A stretch of DNA of 64,000 nucleotides. It comes from Bdellovibrionales bacterium (GTDB lineage: Bacteria > Bdellovibrionota > Bdellovibrionia > Bdellovibrionales > UBA1609). The notes under the pieces were generated by a model that saw only the letters and a list, made by a program, of their open reading frames with translations, had not been told where the DNA came from and searched no databases. Shown piece by piece: positions 1-8,595 of the stretch (position 1 is its first letter; the number at the start of each line of letters is the position of its first letter). The translations under genes and the position numbers were made by a program. The stretch is taken from NCBI GenBank assembly GCA_965261545.1, contig CBDHDF010000011.1, forward strand, positions 480,001 to 544,000, in the 5' to 3' direction.

Positions 1-847
1 GAAGAAAGAATTCTGTGAGAGCAAATGCGCTGAGGTACTTTTGACCATCCAGATCCAAATATTTGATGCTCTTGGCATAATGGGACCCAACAAGTACGAT
101 ATCATCTGCTTTACTGTAGTAGTCCATGGCCTCTTGCGTGTCGCCTATTTCAACGATATTGACTTTATCAGGGGAATCATCCCTGAGCAAAGGGTGGGAT
201 GAGTGTCTTTTTAGGCTCATTTTTTGAGATGTGAAATTTGTTACCTGATAAGGTCCAGATAAATTGCTAAGATTTTCCTTTGAAGGGTTGTCTGGATAAT
301 CCTTGGGAGCGACACTCATTTCTGGAATACTTAATTTATAGATGAGCGCATTGAGTGGGTTTTTGAGCTTTATTTCTATGGTGTTCCCATTGAGGGTCAT
401 AGATTCATTAATATCTGCGCTTAACAAGGATTTGTAGATGTCTGAATGCTTCATCTTTGGAGAGGAGATGGCACGCTTCAGGCTCAAGAGAGTATCTTCA
501 GGGGTAATGGGGGCGCCATCATGAAATATGTATTTACCAGATAAAGATAGGTTGAGGGTCTTTTTATCTTTGGAAAAAGACCAACCATCTGCCAGAGCAG
601 TCTTTACGTCGGAGTTATTTCCAACTCGAACCACTGTTTCACCAATATTATTCAGTATGAAGATGCTCCAAAGGCTGGCTCCATCGGAGATATTCCACGA
701 TCTTTCAAAGTGAAGGTTGGGAAAAATCACAGTGAGCTTATCTGGTGAAGAATTTTCTTGGTCATGGTTCTTATGATTCACAATAACTCCAATCAATACA
801 ATAGCAATAATAGCGCAGACAAGAGTGCCAAGAAAAATTCTTCTCAT
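1..847 (-). CDS. Family-5 (OppA/DppA/NikA-like) solute-binding domain protein with N-terminal membrane anchor; runs off the left edge
   Basis: Not in the ORF track. Hand translation from ATG at 847 gives MRRIFLGTLVCAIIAIVLIGVIV...ALADGWSFSKDKKTLNLSLSGKYIFHDGAPITPEDTLLSLKR, the family-5 LA..W...FHDG.P.T..D signature. ATGA overlap with the upstream ORF. Confidence 0.8.
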   Translation of the reverse strand, partial: MRRIFLGTLVCAIIAIVLIGVIVNHKNHDQENSSPDKLTVIFPNLHFERSWNISDGASLWSIFILNNIGETVVRVGNNSDVKTALADGWSFSKDKKTLNLSLSGKYIFHDGAPITPEDTLLSLKRAISSPKMKHSDIYKSLLSADINESMTLNGNTIEIKLKNPLNALIYKLSIPEMSVAPKDYPDNPSKENLSNLSGPYQVTNFTSQKMSLKRHSSHPLLRDDSPDKVNIVEIGDTQEAMDYYSKADDIVLVGSHYAKSIKYLDLDGQKYLSAFALTEFFL

Positions 848-1131
848 TTCTCGTCAAGGCAAACTGTAACTGGACGATTTTCTGCCAACTCAAGTATGGG
901 TTCAATATGCGATGGATCAACAGGTACGACCTCACTGGTTTCTTCTAGGCAAATTATGATCTCTTTATTTTTATCAAAAATTTGATAGCATCCTGGTTCC
1001 AAAATGTTTATGTCCTCCTCTTGTTCTGAGCCTTGAGATCCTGGGCCTTGAGAATAGCCAGCGTTGGCCAAGAACATAGGGGTTAAGATAAAAGAACCGA
1101 TTGCAAGTAGGCATATTTTTAATATTTTCAT
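844..1131 (-). CDS. Small secreted protein (Sec signal peptide, acidic, 3 Cys in the mature part)
   Basis: MKILKICLLAIGSFILTPMFLANA|GYSQGPG signal-peptide pattern; GGAGG RBS; translationally coupled to the next gene. Confidence 0.75.
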   Translation of the reverse strand: MKILKICLLAIGSFILTPMFLANAGYSQGPGSQGSEQEEDINILEPGCYQIFDKNKEIIICLEETSEVVPVDPSHIEPILELAENRPVTVCLDEK

Positions 1132-1177
1132 GACTATTCCTCCATATATTATTTTTATTGGTTGTTTGGTTGTTTGT

Positions 1178-2758
1178 TTATTGTTGGTATGTCTTTTCTT
1201 TACTCAATGAAACATTGTATCTATCCATTTTGGATAAAATATTAGATTCCGAGATACCCAAGAGTTGAGCCATCTCTTTTTTGGTCTGACATCTTAGAGA
1301 GGCTTCTTCGAGAAGTTTTTTCTCAAACATTCTCTTGAACTCTTTGATCCCTGGGAATTTTTCAGTTAAAAAACGAGTGGGTAGACTCTCAAAATCCGAG
1401 TATTCAATATACTCGGTGGGTTTTTTGCTATGAAACACAGACTTTCTTGAAACCCCTAAGATAATTTTCCAATTAGAAAAATCCAAAGCCCCATTCCTGT
1501 CAGATTTAGAGCTTATCATAAGTCTTTCAAGGTCATTTCTGATTCCTCGGATGTTAAAGGGTATATTGTCTCGATGGAGATATTCCTTTAAGTCATCGGG
1601 AAGATCTTCATAGGAAAAAATTTTTCTCAGATTCTCTTTCTGAAGGTTATTGATAATAGATTGACAGATATGGGGGATGTCCTCCTTTCGTTCTTCAAGG
1701 GGTGGGAGGGGGATATCAAAGGTGCAGATTCTCGCATATAAATCTTCACGAAATTCCTTTTTCTCCACCATCTCTTTTAGATTTTTGTTTGTGGCAAGGA
1801 TAATGCGGGCCGTAGTGGTGAAATTTTTATTCCCCCCCACGCGGCAAAATTCTCGTTCCTCAATCACCTTTAAGAGCTTGGCTTGAACCTCAAGGCTTGC
1901 TTCTCCAATTTCATCAAGAAACAGGTCCCCACCATTGGCGAGTTCAAAAAGCCCCTGTTTTGCTGTGTTAGCCCCAGTAAAAGCCCCTCGTTCGTGGCCA
2001 AAGAGTGTGCTGTCGGCAAGGTCTTTGGGTATATTTGCCATATTGATATTAAAAAAGGGGCGGTTCTTTTGCTGTAGAAACACAGCTCTCAAAGATCCAA
2101 GTCTCTTAGCTGCCACTGTTTTTCCTAGACCTGACTCACTCAAGAATAAAACAGGTGTGGAGTATTGGGCCAGTGTTTTCAGTTGTATCTCTATGCCTTG
2201 CATAGCTGAAGATTTATAAACATATGCTCCCATGGGCTGTTTATCCATCATTTTTTCTCGAACTCTTTGGAGTTCTAGCTTGGCTTTTTTGAGGGCTTTG
2301 AGAATTTGGGCATTTCTGTATGCCAGATAGTCGGGACTCGTGCTTTTCACAACATATCCACAGGCTCCCATTTGTATGGCCTCCACGGCAAGCCTTGTAT
2401 CATCATGGCCCGTCACCACAAGAATCTGGGTGGCAGGCTGAATATCAAGTATCTCTTGAATGTGCTGCATTCCATCTACATTTATCCCGCGATCATCCAC
2501 GCCGAGGTCACGATCCAATAGGATGACATGCAATGTTTGTCTACGAAGTATTGAGAAGGCATCACTTATGTTTGAAGCTAGGTGAATATTAATTTCATTA
2601 AAGGAAAGCTCCAATTTTTGAAGAAGATCCATCACACTCATTCGGTTCACTTTGAGCGCTGATTCCTCATCATCAATAATGAGGACACTCACTTTAGGAT
2701 CTTTATGCTCATGCTCATGGTTTCTCATTGGGCCAAGCCTCCTGTTAGAAAAATTCAA
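1178..2758 (-). CDS. Sigma-54-dependent response regulator (REC-AAA+-HTH, NtrC-like)
   Basis: REC motifs IIDDE/ILLD/VVTG; Walker A SESGLGKT; GHERGAFTGA; Walker B LFLDEIG; FREDLY; C-terminal HTH KEMAQLLGIS. Confidence 0.93.
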   Translation of the reverse strand: MNFSNRRLGPMRNHEHEHKDPKVSVLIIDDEESALKVNRMSVMDLLQKLELSFNEINIHLASNISDAFSILRRQTLHVILLDRDLGVDDRGINVDGMQHIQEILDIQPATQILVVTGHDDTRLAVEAIQMGACGYVVKSTSPDYLAYRNAQILKALKKAKLELQRVREKMMDKQPMGAYVYKSSAMQGIEIQLKTLAQYSTPVLFLSESGLGKTVAAKRLGSLRAVFLQQKNRPFFNINMANIPKDLADSTLFGHERGAFTGANTAKQGLFELANGGDLFLDEIGEASLEVQAKLLKVIEEREFCRVGGNKNFTTTARIILATNKNLKEMVEKKEFREDLYARICTFDIPLPPLEERKEDIPHICQSIINNLQKENLRKIFSYEDLPDDLKEYLHRDNIPFNIRGIRNDLERLMISSKSDRNGALDFSNWKIILGVSRKSVFHSKKPTEYIEYSDFESLPTRFLTEKFPGIKEFKRMFEKKLLEEASLRCQTKKEMAQLLGISESNILSKMDRYNVSLSKEKTYQQ

Positions 2759-2891
2759 GAGAAGTCGTTGTTTGGATATTTTTGAAAAATTATTTTATTT
2801 ATTTTTAAAAGTTATTGTTTCTTTTATACCTTTCCGGCCTCTTTGTCAAGAGAAGATCGAGAGAAATTATTACATGCTCTATTTTTGTATA

Positions 2892-2934
2892 TTCTGAAAA
2901 CAGAACTTTTCAATTATAAATTCTAAAAATAGAA
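2892..2934. promoter_or_regulatory. Two palindromes, candidate upstream activator sites
   Basis: TTCTG-AAAA-CAGAA (2892-2905) and TTCTA-AAAA-TAGAA (2921-2934), about 60-100 bp upstream of the -24 element. Confidence 0.5.
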
Positions 2935-2988
2935 TAATTCAAGATATCAAGAATTAAGTATATTCAATAACTTAGCTTATTTTCAGAG

Positions 2989-3005
2989 TTGGCAAGAAAC
3001 ATGCA
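2989..3005 (+). promoter_or_regulatory. Sigma-54 (-24/-12) promoter
   Basis: TTGGCAAGAAACATGCA has GG(2991-2)-N10-GC(3003-4). IHF-like ATTCAATAACTTA at 2962-2974. Divergent from a sigma-54 activator gene. Confidence 0.7.
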
Positions 3006-3198
3006 ATAGATATTCCTGAAGTCTATTTCTTAGCGACGACATGATTCTTTGTCATATCAGTCTCACTCAAGAAATAAGCGTCGAAGAAAATTTCCCCCCT
3101 ATAAATGGGTATTTGTTAACCCCCTAGAGGGCTACTGTTAACCCCCCCCCGTGTACAATCACCGTATATGAGGGGGTAAAAAAATATAAAGCAGAAAT

Positions 3199-3855
3199 AT
3201 GAATAAATTTTACACACCTGAGATCGTAGCAATGGCATGCAATTTTACAGCATCTCGGTGGAAGGAAGAAAATGAAACCTTAACCCTTCATGCACTGAAG
3301 GCACACTATGTGGAGATATCAATGAAAAAGAACAAGATAAGCCAACCTTGGATGAATCATAAGAATCAATTGAAATCTAACAAAGAGATATTAGAAATAT
3401 GCCCCCATTGGTCAACGGGGCAGTGGGAGGGGTATCTTTCTTCCACTGATGGAAAGCGTACAGAAAGCCTTATGGAGGACGCACACTTTACAGAAAATAC
3501 CTCTCAAGAAGATTATAAGAGCGTCCTCCCCTCGGCTTCAAAAGAGAAGAACCTTAAGCTCCTAAAGGAAACTTTGGGTGAAATTCTCAAACAACTTTCA
3601 GATAACCAAAGGCAAGTCATTCATTGCCTTTTCTGGGAAAACCTTAGCTTTGGTGAGATATCAAAAGAACTTGGCGTCAGTCGAGTGGCCATCCTGCAAA
3701 CAAAAGACCGTGCTCTTAAAAAAATATCTAAACTCTTATTGAAGGAAGTTTCAAGAAGAAATGGAAGCTTTGAGGAGGTGAAAACCAAAAAACAGTGTTT
3801 AAAATCAAAATCTAAAAATTCTTATTCCAATACAGATCCAATGGTAGCCAGCTAG
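3199..3855 (+). CDS. Sigma-70 region-4 HTH protein
   Basis: LSDNQRQVIHCLFWENLSFGEISKELGVSRVAILQTKDRALKKI; the true start may be further downstream. Confidence 0.8.
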   Translation: MNKFYTPEIVAMACNFTASRWKEENETLTLHALKAHYVEISMKKNKISQPWMNHKNQLKSNKEILEICPHWSTGQWEGYLSSTDGKRTESLMEDAHFTENTSQEDYKSVLPSASKEKNLKLLKETLGEILKQLSDNQRQVIHCLFWENLSFGEISKELGVSRVAILQTKDRALKKISKLLLKEVSRRNGSFEEVKTKKQCLKSKSKNSYSNTDPMVAS

Positions 3856-3937
3856 AGGATAAATCAGTTGGCTACAATAAATAAAGGCATAGATAAAAAG
3901 TAACGATTCACCCTTTTCTTCTGGAGGTCATAAATTT

Positions 3938-4207
3938 ATGACTATGAAAACTAGATTTTTAATTGAAGATGATATGATTGTAAGATCACTTGTGAAGCAA
4001 CTTCCTCGCCAACAACGCAAAGCTATTCTGCTTCGCTTTTGGAAGGATTACTCCTTACCTGAAATTGCAATGAACCTAAACATCACCACAAAGAAAGCTT
4101 CTAAATTATTAAAGAAAGGATTGTTGAAAATAAAATTTGGGTGCATAGAGCATCCAAATTTTTTAAAGTCAGCAAAGTGTTCTTTTGGAAGAAATGAAAT
4201 TCACTAA
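3938..4207 (+). CDS. Small sigma-70 region-4 HTH protein
   Basis: LPRQQRKAILLRFWKDYSLPEIAMNLNIT...LKKGLLKI; GGAGG RBS. Confidence 0.8.
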   Translation: MTMKTRFLIEDDMIVRSLVKQLPRQQRKAILLRFWKDYSLPEIAMNLNITTKKASKLLKKGLLKIKFGCIEHPNFLKSAKCSFGRNEIH

Positions 4208-4230
4208 AAATTATTTGAAGGAGATTACCC

Positions 4231-4674
4231 ATGGTAAATGTATTTGATATATTTAAAGGTCACAGGAATAAGGATGGGAAAGTTCAAAGAATCAGAAAAT
4301 TAGGTCATGCCTACTATTGTGAAGATTCTGGCTTCTGCGAAGTCAAGATTCATGGGTCTAGTGACTCACAATATATTTTAGAGGCTGAAAACAGTGTTCT
4401 CAAAGACTATGACTACAATATATTTTACGAGGACCTCGAAAATAAAGATTTGGAACGAGTGGGAGTGGGCTACCTTTTGCATGGGCCTAATGTGGGACTG
4501 GTTCGTCTTGAATGGGATTCTTACGATAACTCTGATGCTTATATCGACTTGTCGCCCTCTTCACCTCATTCCTCCTCTCGATTAGAAAATTCGCAAACCA
4601 TTCAAAATTCTCAAGATCCTCAAGGATCTCAAGAATCTCAAAACTTTGAAATTTTTGTGAAAGAAATTGCCTAG
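4231..4674 (+). CDS. Hypothetical protein, probable paralog of 4790..5188
   Basis: AAGGAG RBS; shared G.A.Y...QY.L.A...VG.G pattern. Confidence 0.7.
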   Translation: MVNVFDIFKGHRNKDGKVQRIRKLGHAYYCEDSGFCEVKIHGSSDSQYILEAENSVLKDYDYNIFYEDLENKDLERVGVGYLLHGPNVGLVRLEWDSYDNSDAYIDLSPSSPHSSSRLENSQTIQNSQDPQGSQESQNFEIFVKEIA

Positions 4675-4789
4675 TGATGGGCTCTATCCATCCCTTCCGG
4701 GCGAAAGGTTCAAAGGAAAAAACTAAGACTAAAGCTAAAGCCTATATCAACATCAACTTTAAAAACTATAATTTTATGGAGGCATTGAC

Positions 4790-5188
4790 ATGAGTAACAT
4801 TGACATGAGTAACAAAAAAAATAATCACTCTCTCTCTAAGAAAAGATCAAATGAGGTTCTCATTTTAGGTTGGATGGACCCAAGAAATGATATTGTTCAC
4901 CATGCTGGAGTGGCTTTTTACAATCCAAACTATGGTGAGTATCTCTTAAAGATTGATGAAGAGCCCAATGAGAAGCAATACTTTTTAAAAGCCTTTGAGT
5001 GCAGTGATGATGGGTCCACCAGCTACAGAATGGAACTTGTCATCAAGCGCAAGAATGGCCAATTTCTCAAGCGTAAACTTGTAGGCTTAGGGCATCGCCA
5101 CAAAGGAACTTATGGGAATGTCTTTATTGACTACGGGTCCAAGTTTAAAACTCTTGTGCTGTACCTCAAGGAATATCCATGTGTTTAA
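4790..5188 (+). CDS. Hypothetical protein, probable paralog of 4231..4674
   Basis: GGAGG RBS; overlaps the start of the pilin gene. Confidence 0.7.
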   Translation: MSNIDMSNKKNNHSLSKKRSNEVLILGWMDPRNDIVHHAGVAFYNPNYGEYLLKIDEEPNEKQYFLKAFECSDDGSTSYRMELVIKRKNGQFLKRKLVGLGHRHKGTYGNVFIDYGSKFKTLVLYLKEYPCV

Positions 5189-5481
5189 GAAGCCTAGGAC
5201 TTATATGTCTACTCATGGGAATTTTTCTTTTGTCTAAGGACTTCACCTTGGCAGGTCTAGGGGGCATCGGTTTTGAAAGTCGTATTCAGAGCCTCACTAA
5301 TAGTCTTATATCGGTGATGCTGCCCACCATTGCCATTTTAGGGTTGGTTTACGCCGCTATTCAAGCGGCCATGGGGGATGAGGGAGCAAAAAAGCGAATG
5401 CTCCTCGTGATTGTTGCCTGTATGATTGGTTTTCTTGCCCCTATGATTATTCGCTGGTTTCAATCGGCGGTGGGAGGGTGA
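5179..5481 (+). CDS. VirB2/TrbC-like conjugative pilin
   Basis: 100 aa with a signal peptide and two hydrophobic helices; lies before the virB3- and virB4-like genes. Confidence 0.7.
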   Translation: MCLRSLGLICLLMGIFLLSKDFTLAGLGGIGFESRIQSLTNSLISVMLPTIAILGLVYAAIQAAMGDEGAKKRMLLVIVACMIGFLAPMIIRWFQSAVGG

Positions 5482-5612
5482 TAGCAAAAAAAATGACAAA
5501 TGCTAAATGGTGGATGCATCTAGGTGATGGAGATTATTCGTGAGAGGGAGATCATCCGTGAGAGGATAATGAGATATGAATATGATAGAGATCAGGCAAG
5601 GGGGCTTAAATA

Positions 5613-5963
5613 ATGGAGATCAGAAGATCGGAAGTGCACCGAAATCTTGATGCTAAGTTTAAGGTTGGGGGGCTTGAGGCCCTCGACCTTTTTATTTCTC
5701 TTATTCTTGGAGCCATTATGAGCCTTTGTTTTTCTGAAACAATTTTAGAATTTCCCATGGTTTTTGGAATTCCCATGCTGGTTCTTGCCATCTTGTACTT
5801 TGGGAAAAGAGGCAAGCCCGAAGGTTTCCTACTTGATACTCTTCGCTTTTATCTTGAGCCAGGTTTTTTCTCATCGGGGCAAGAGCCAAGGGAAATTTAT
5901 CGGATGAGGAAAAAAATTTATGATAATTCCTCCTACAAAGAAAACCAATGCAAGAAACTGTAA
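5613..5963 (+). CDS. VirB3/TraL-like inner-membrane protein
   Basis: 116 aa, two TM segments, KRGKPEGFL motif, directly upstream of the VirB4 gene. Confidence 0.65.
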   Translation: MEIRRSEVHRNLDAKFKVGGLEALDLFISLILGAIMSLCFSETILEFPMVFGIPMLVLAILYFGKRGKPEGFLLDTLRFYLEPGFFSSGQEPREIYRMRKKIYDNSSYKENQCKKL

Positions 5964-5984
5964 AACACCAATGCAAAAAAACAA

Positions 5985-8546
5985 ATGAAAGGAAGTCCAA
6001 TGAAAAAAAACCACATGAAAGGAAATCAGAACTCTATGGATGCCCTCGCAAGTGAGTTGGAATTTTGGCACTTTGATGAAGATATAATGGTTTTTAGGGA
6101 TGGGTCCCTTGGGAGCGGCTTCCAGCTCTCAGGCTTTGATATGACCTGCGCCACCAATGAGCAAATCAATCAAATGACCCAGCACCTTGAAGACCTTATG
6201 GTGGCCTCAGAAGAAGGGCTTAAGTTTCAAGTTCTTTACAAACTCTCCCCTTATGTTGAGAAACTTATTGAGGATCACCGAAAGCTGTCTGAGAAAATAG
6301 AAGGACCTTACCAGAGAGTCGTCCAGGCTCGCCTCGGGTTCTATCGTCAAAACCAGATGGAGAAGAAATACTTTTTCCCTGAGATTTACTTCTTTGTTCG
6401 CAGCCAGCCCTTGGGAACTCAAAAACAGGGGCTTTTTTCTTCAAGCCACCACTTTACCTCTCTCCTAGAAAAAGACTTTGAGCAGGGAAAAAGAAAATTT
6501 ATGCGTTCTCTTCATCAGGTGGAGTCTCACCTTGTTTCCGCAGGGCTAAGCCCCAAGCCTTTGGTCCGTGAAGCTTGGTTCCAGCTTATTTTTGAACACC
6601 TCAATTTCGAGAGGTTTGAACGAAGCCCGGAGGGGCGAAGGGAAAAAGTAGACATTCCCCATTATCGTCCACCTAAAACCCTCTTTGACCCTTCCGTAAG
6701 TGAGCAACTCACTCTCACTGATTTCATATGGGATAAAGATGCTATCTCTATGGGAGGCTATAAATTTCGCACACTCAGTCTTGCCACCCTCCCCGAAGGA
6801 CAAACTTGGGCCTCCATGGCTCATGTTTTTTCCACGCTGCCCTTTCACTTTTGGATAAGTCAGTCCATTCATCTCTTGAACCAGAGGAAAGAAAAAGGCT
6901 CCCTAGAACTCAAGAGAAGAATCGCCTACTCCATGGCTTCGGGAAGTCAGAATGTCAGTGACCTTGATTCAGAGAACAAGTTAGGGCAAATAGAAGGGCT
7001 CTTGTCCCATCTTATTGAAGGTTCAGAGAGATTGGTTTCTTCAGACTTTAATGTGATTATTTGGGCAAAATCTCAAGAAGAGCTTGATGATAAAACCGAC
7101 GAGATTTTTAAAACCTTTCGTTTGCTCAACCAAGCTGAGGGATTGCAAGAGACCTTGGCTGGAAAAACAGCTTTTCTTAAATCTCTTCCAGGATGTTGCG
7201 AGGGACTTCGTCACAAGAAGATGAAGTCCAGTAATGCCGCCCACCTTATGCCGGTCTTTGCCAATTGGCGAGGAAACCCAAGGCCCGTATGTCTCCTTCC
7301 CACAAGAGATGGGGAGCTTTTCTCACTGGACCCCTACGCCGAACACCTTCCCTCATGGAATGGCATTGTTTTTGGCTCCTCAGGAAGTGGCAAGAGTTAC
7401 ACGCTGGTTCAACTTATGGCCATGTTCTATGGAAAGGTCACCCGTAGTCCATCGGGAAAAGTTCATAGGCCAAGAATTGTGTGGATTGACAACGGGGCTT
7501 CATCGAAAAGGCTCATTGAAGTTCTAGATGGTGAATTTGTGGATTTTAGCTTGGAGTCGGATTTGTGCCTTAATGTGTTTGACCTCAAGAAGGGGGAAAC
7601 CCAACCAAGTTCCCATAGAGTTCGCACCATCCTCGCCGTGCTTGAAATGATTCTCAAGGATGAAGATCAAAAAAGTCTTGGCAAGAGGGAGAAGGCTCTT
7701 TTAGAAGAGCAGATTTATAAAGTCTATAAAATTCATAGTGAAGAAGAGCGCGAAGAATATGGAGAAGAGCTAAGAAAATTGCCAACACTGTCTGATTTTA
7801 AATCCCTCTTAGATGGTCATCGTGACCCTAAGATGAGGCGGTTTGGAGAAATCCTCTATAGTTGGACAGGTTCTTCATCTTATGGTCACATGCTTGATGG
7901 TTCCACCAATGTGAAGCTCTCAGAAGACCTTGTCTCTGTGGAAGTTCGCCACTTAAATGACTACCCCGACCTTAAGGATGTCATACTTTTGATTTTAACA
8001 TCTTATATTCAAGATGTGGCTTCGTCGGATATCGAAAGGGAGTATCTTCTGATTATTGACGAAGCAGAAAGACTCTTACAATCAGAGCTAGCAAGGCAGG
8101 TGGTTATCACCTGTTATCGCACTTGGCGAAAATTTAAAAGTGGCATTTGGTGTCTGAGTCAGAATTACAAAGACTTTATGATGGATGACTCCCTTAAAGA
8201 CGCTCTGATGACCAACACCACCAATATTATTATCCTTCCTCAGCGTAAAATTGACTGGAATCATTTCCAGCAAACCTTTGACTTCAATGATGTTCAGGTG
8301 GAGCGAATCAAGAGCTTATCCATATGCAAAGGGGAGTACAGTGAAATGTATTACCTTCAAGGAGATAGGGACACCATTTTACGGTTGACTCCCGAACCCT
8401 TGAGTCATTGGTTTTCCACATCCGATGCCAACCACAAGACTCGCATCTCCCATGTCGAGACTGAGTTTCCAGAGATGAGTCAACTGGATGTTTTGGAGTA
8501 TTTGGCTTTTTCACAACCAGAGGGTGAGGAGGCCAAAGAGCCCTGA
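5985..8546 (+). CDS. virB4: VirB4/TraC-family T4SS ATPase
   Basis: 853 aa; Walker A GSSGSGKS; IVWIDNG; Walker B LIIDEA; RTWRKF..SQN motifs. Confidence 0.9.
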   Translation: MKGSPMKKNHMKGNQNSMDALASELEFWHFDEDIMVFRDGSLGSGFQLSGFDMTCATNEQINQMTQHLEDLMVASEEGLKFQVLYKLSPYVEKLIEDHRKLSEKIEGPYQRVVQARLGFYRQNQMEKKYFFPEIYFFVRSQPLGTQKQGLFSSSHHFTSLLEKDFEQGKRKFMRSLHQVESHLVSAGLSPKPLVREAWFQLIFEHLNFERFERSPEGRREKVDIPHYRPPKTLFDPSVSEQLTLTDFIWDKDAISMGGYKFRTLSLATLPEGQTWASMAHVFSTLPFHFWISQSIHLLNQRKEKGSLELKRRIAYSMASGSQNVSDLDSENKLGQIEGLLSHLIEGSERLVSSDFNVIIWAKSQEELDDKTDEIFKTFRLLNQAEGLQETLAGKTAFLKSLPGCCEGLRHKKMKSSNAAHLMPVFANWRGNPRPVCLLPTRDGELFSLDPYAEHLPSWNGIVFGSSGSGKSYTLVQLMAMFYGKVTRSPSGKVHRPRIVWIDNGASSKRLIEVLDGEFVDFSLESDLCLNVFDLKKGETQPSSHRVRTILAVLEMILKDEDQKSLGKREKALLEEQIYKVYKIHSEEEREEYGEELRKLPTLSDFKSLLDGHRDPKMRRFGEILYSWTGSSSYGHMLDGSTNVKLSEDLVSVEVRHLNDYPDLKDVILLILTSYIQDVASSDIEREYLLIIDEAERLLQSELARQVVITCYRTWRKFKSGIWCLSQNYKDFMMDDSLKDALMTNTTNIIILPQRKIDWNHFQQTFDFNDVQVERIKSLSICKGEYSEMYYLQGDRDTILRLTPEPLSHWFSTSDANHKTRISHVETEFPEMSQLDVLEYLAFSQPEGEEAKEP

Positions 8547-8595
8547 AATTCAAGAATATGAAACCAAAAGGTCATGAAGTCAAGGAGTGATGAAC

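Noticed and set aside
1..3200. Second att copy (tRNA-Ala 3' fragment) marking the left ICE end
   Set aside because: No TGGTGGAGGC-like duplicate found by eye; the boundary probably lies outside the window.
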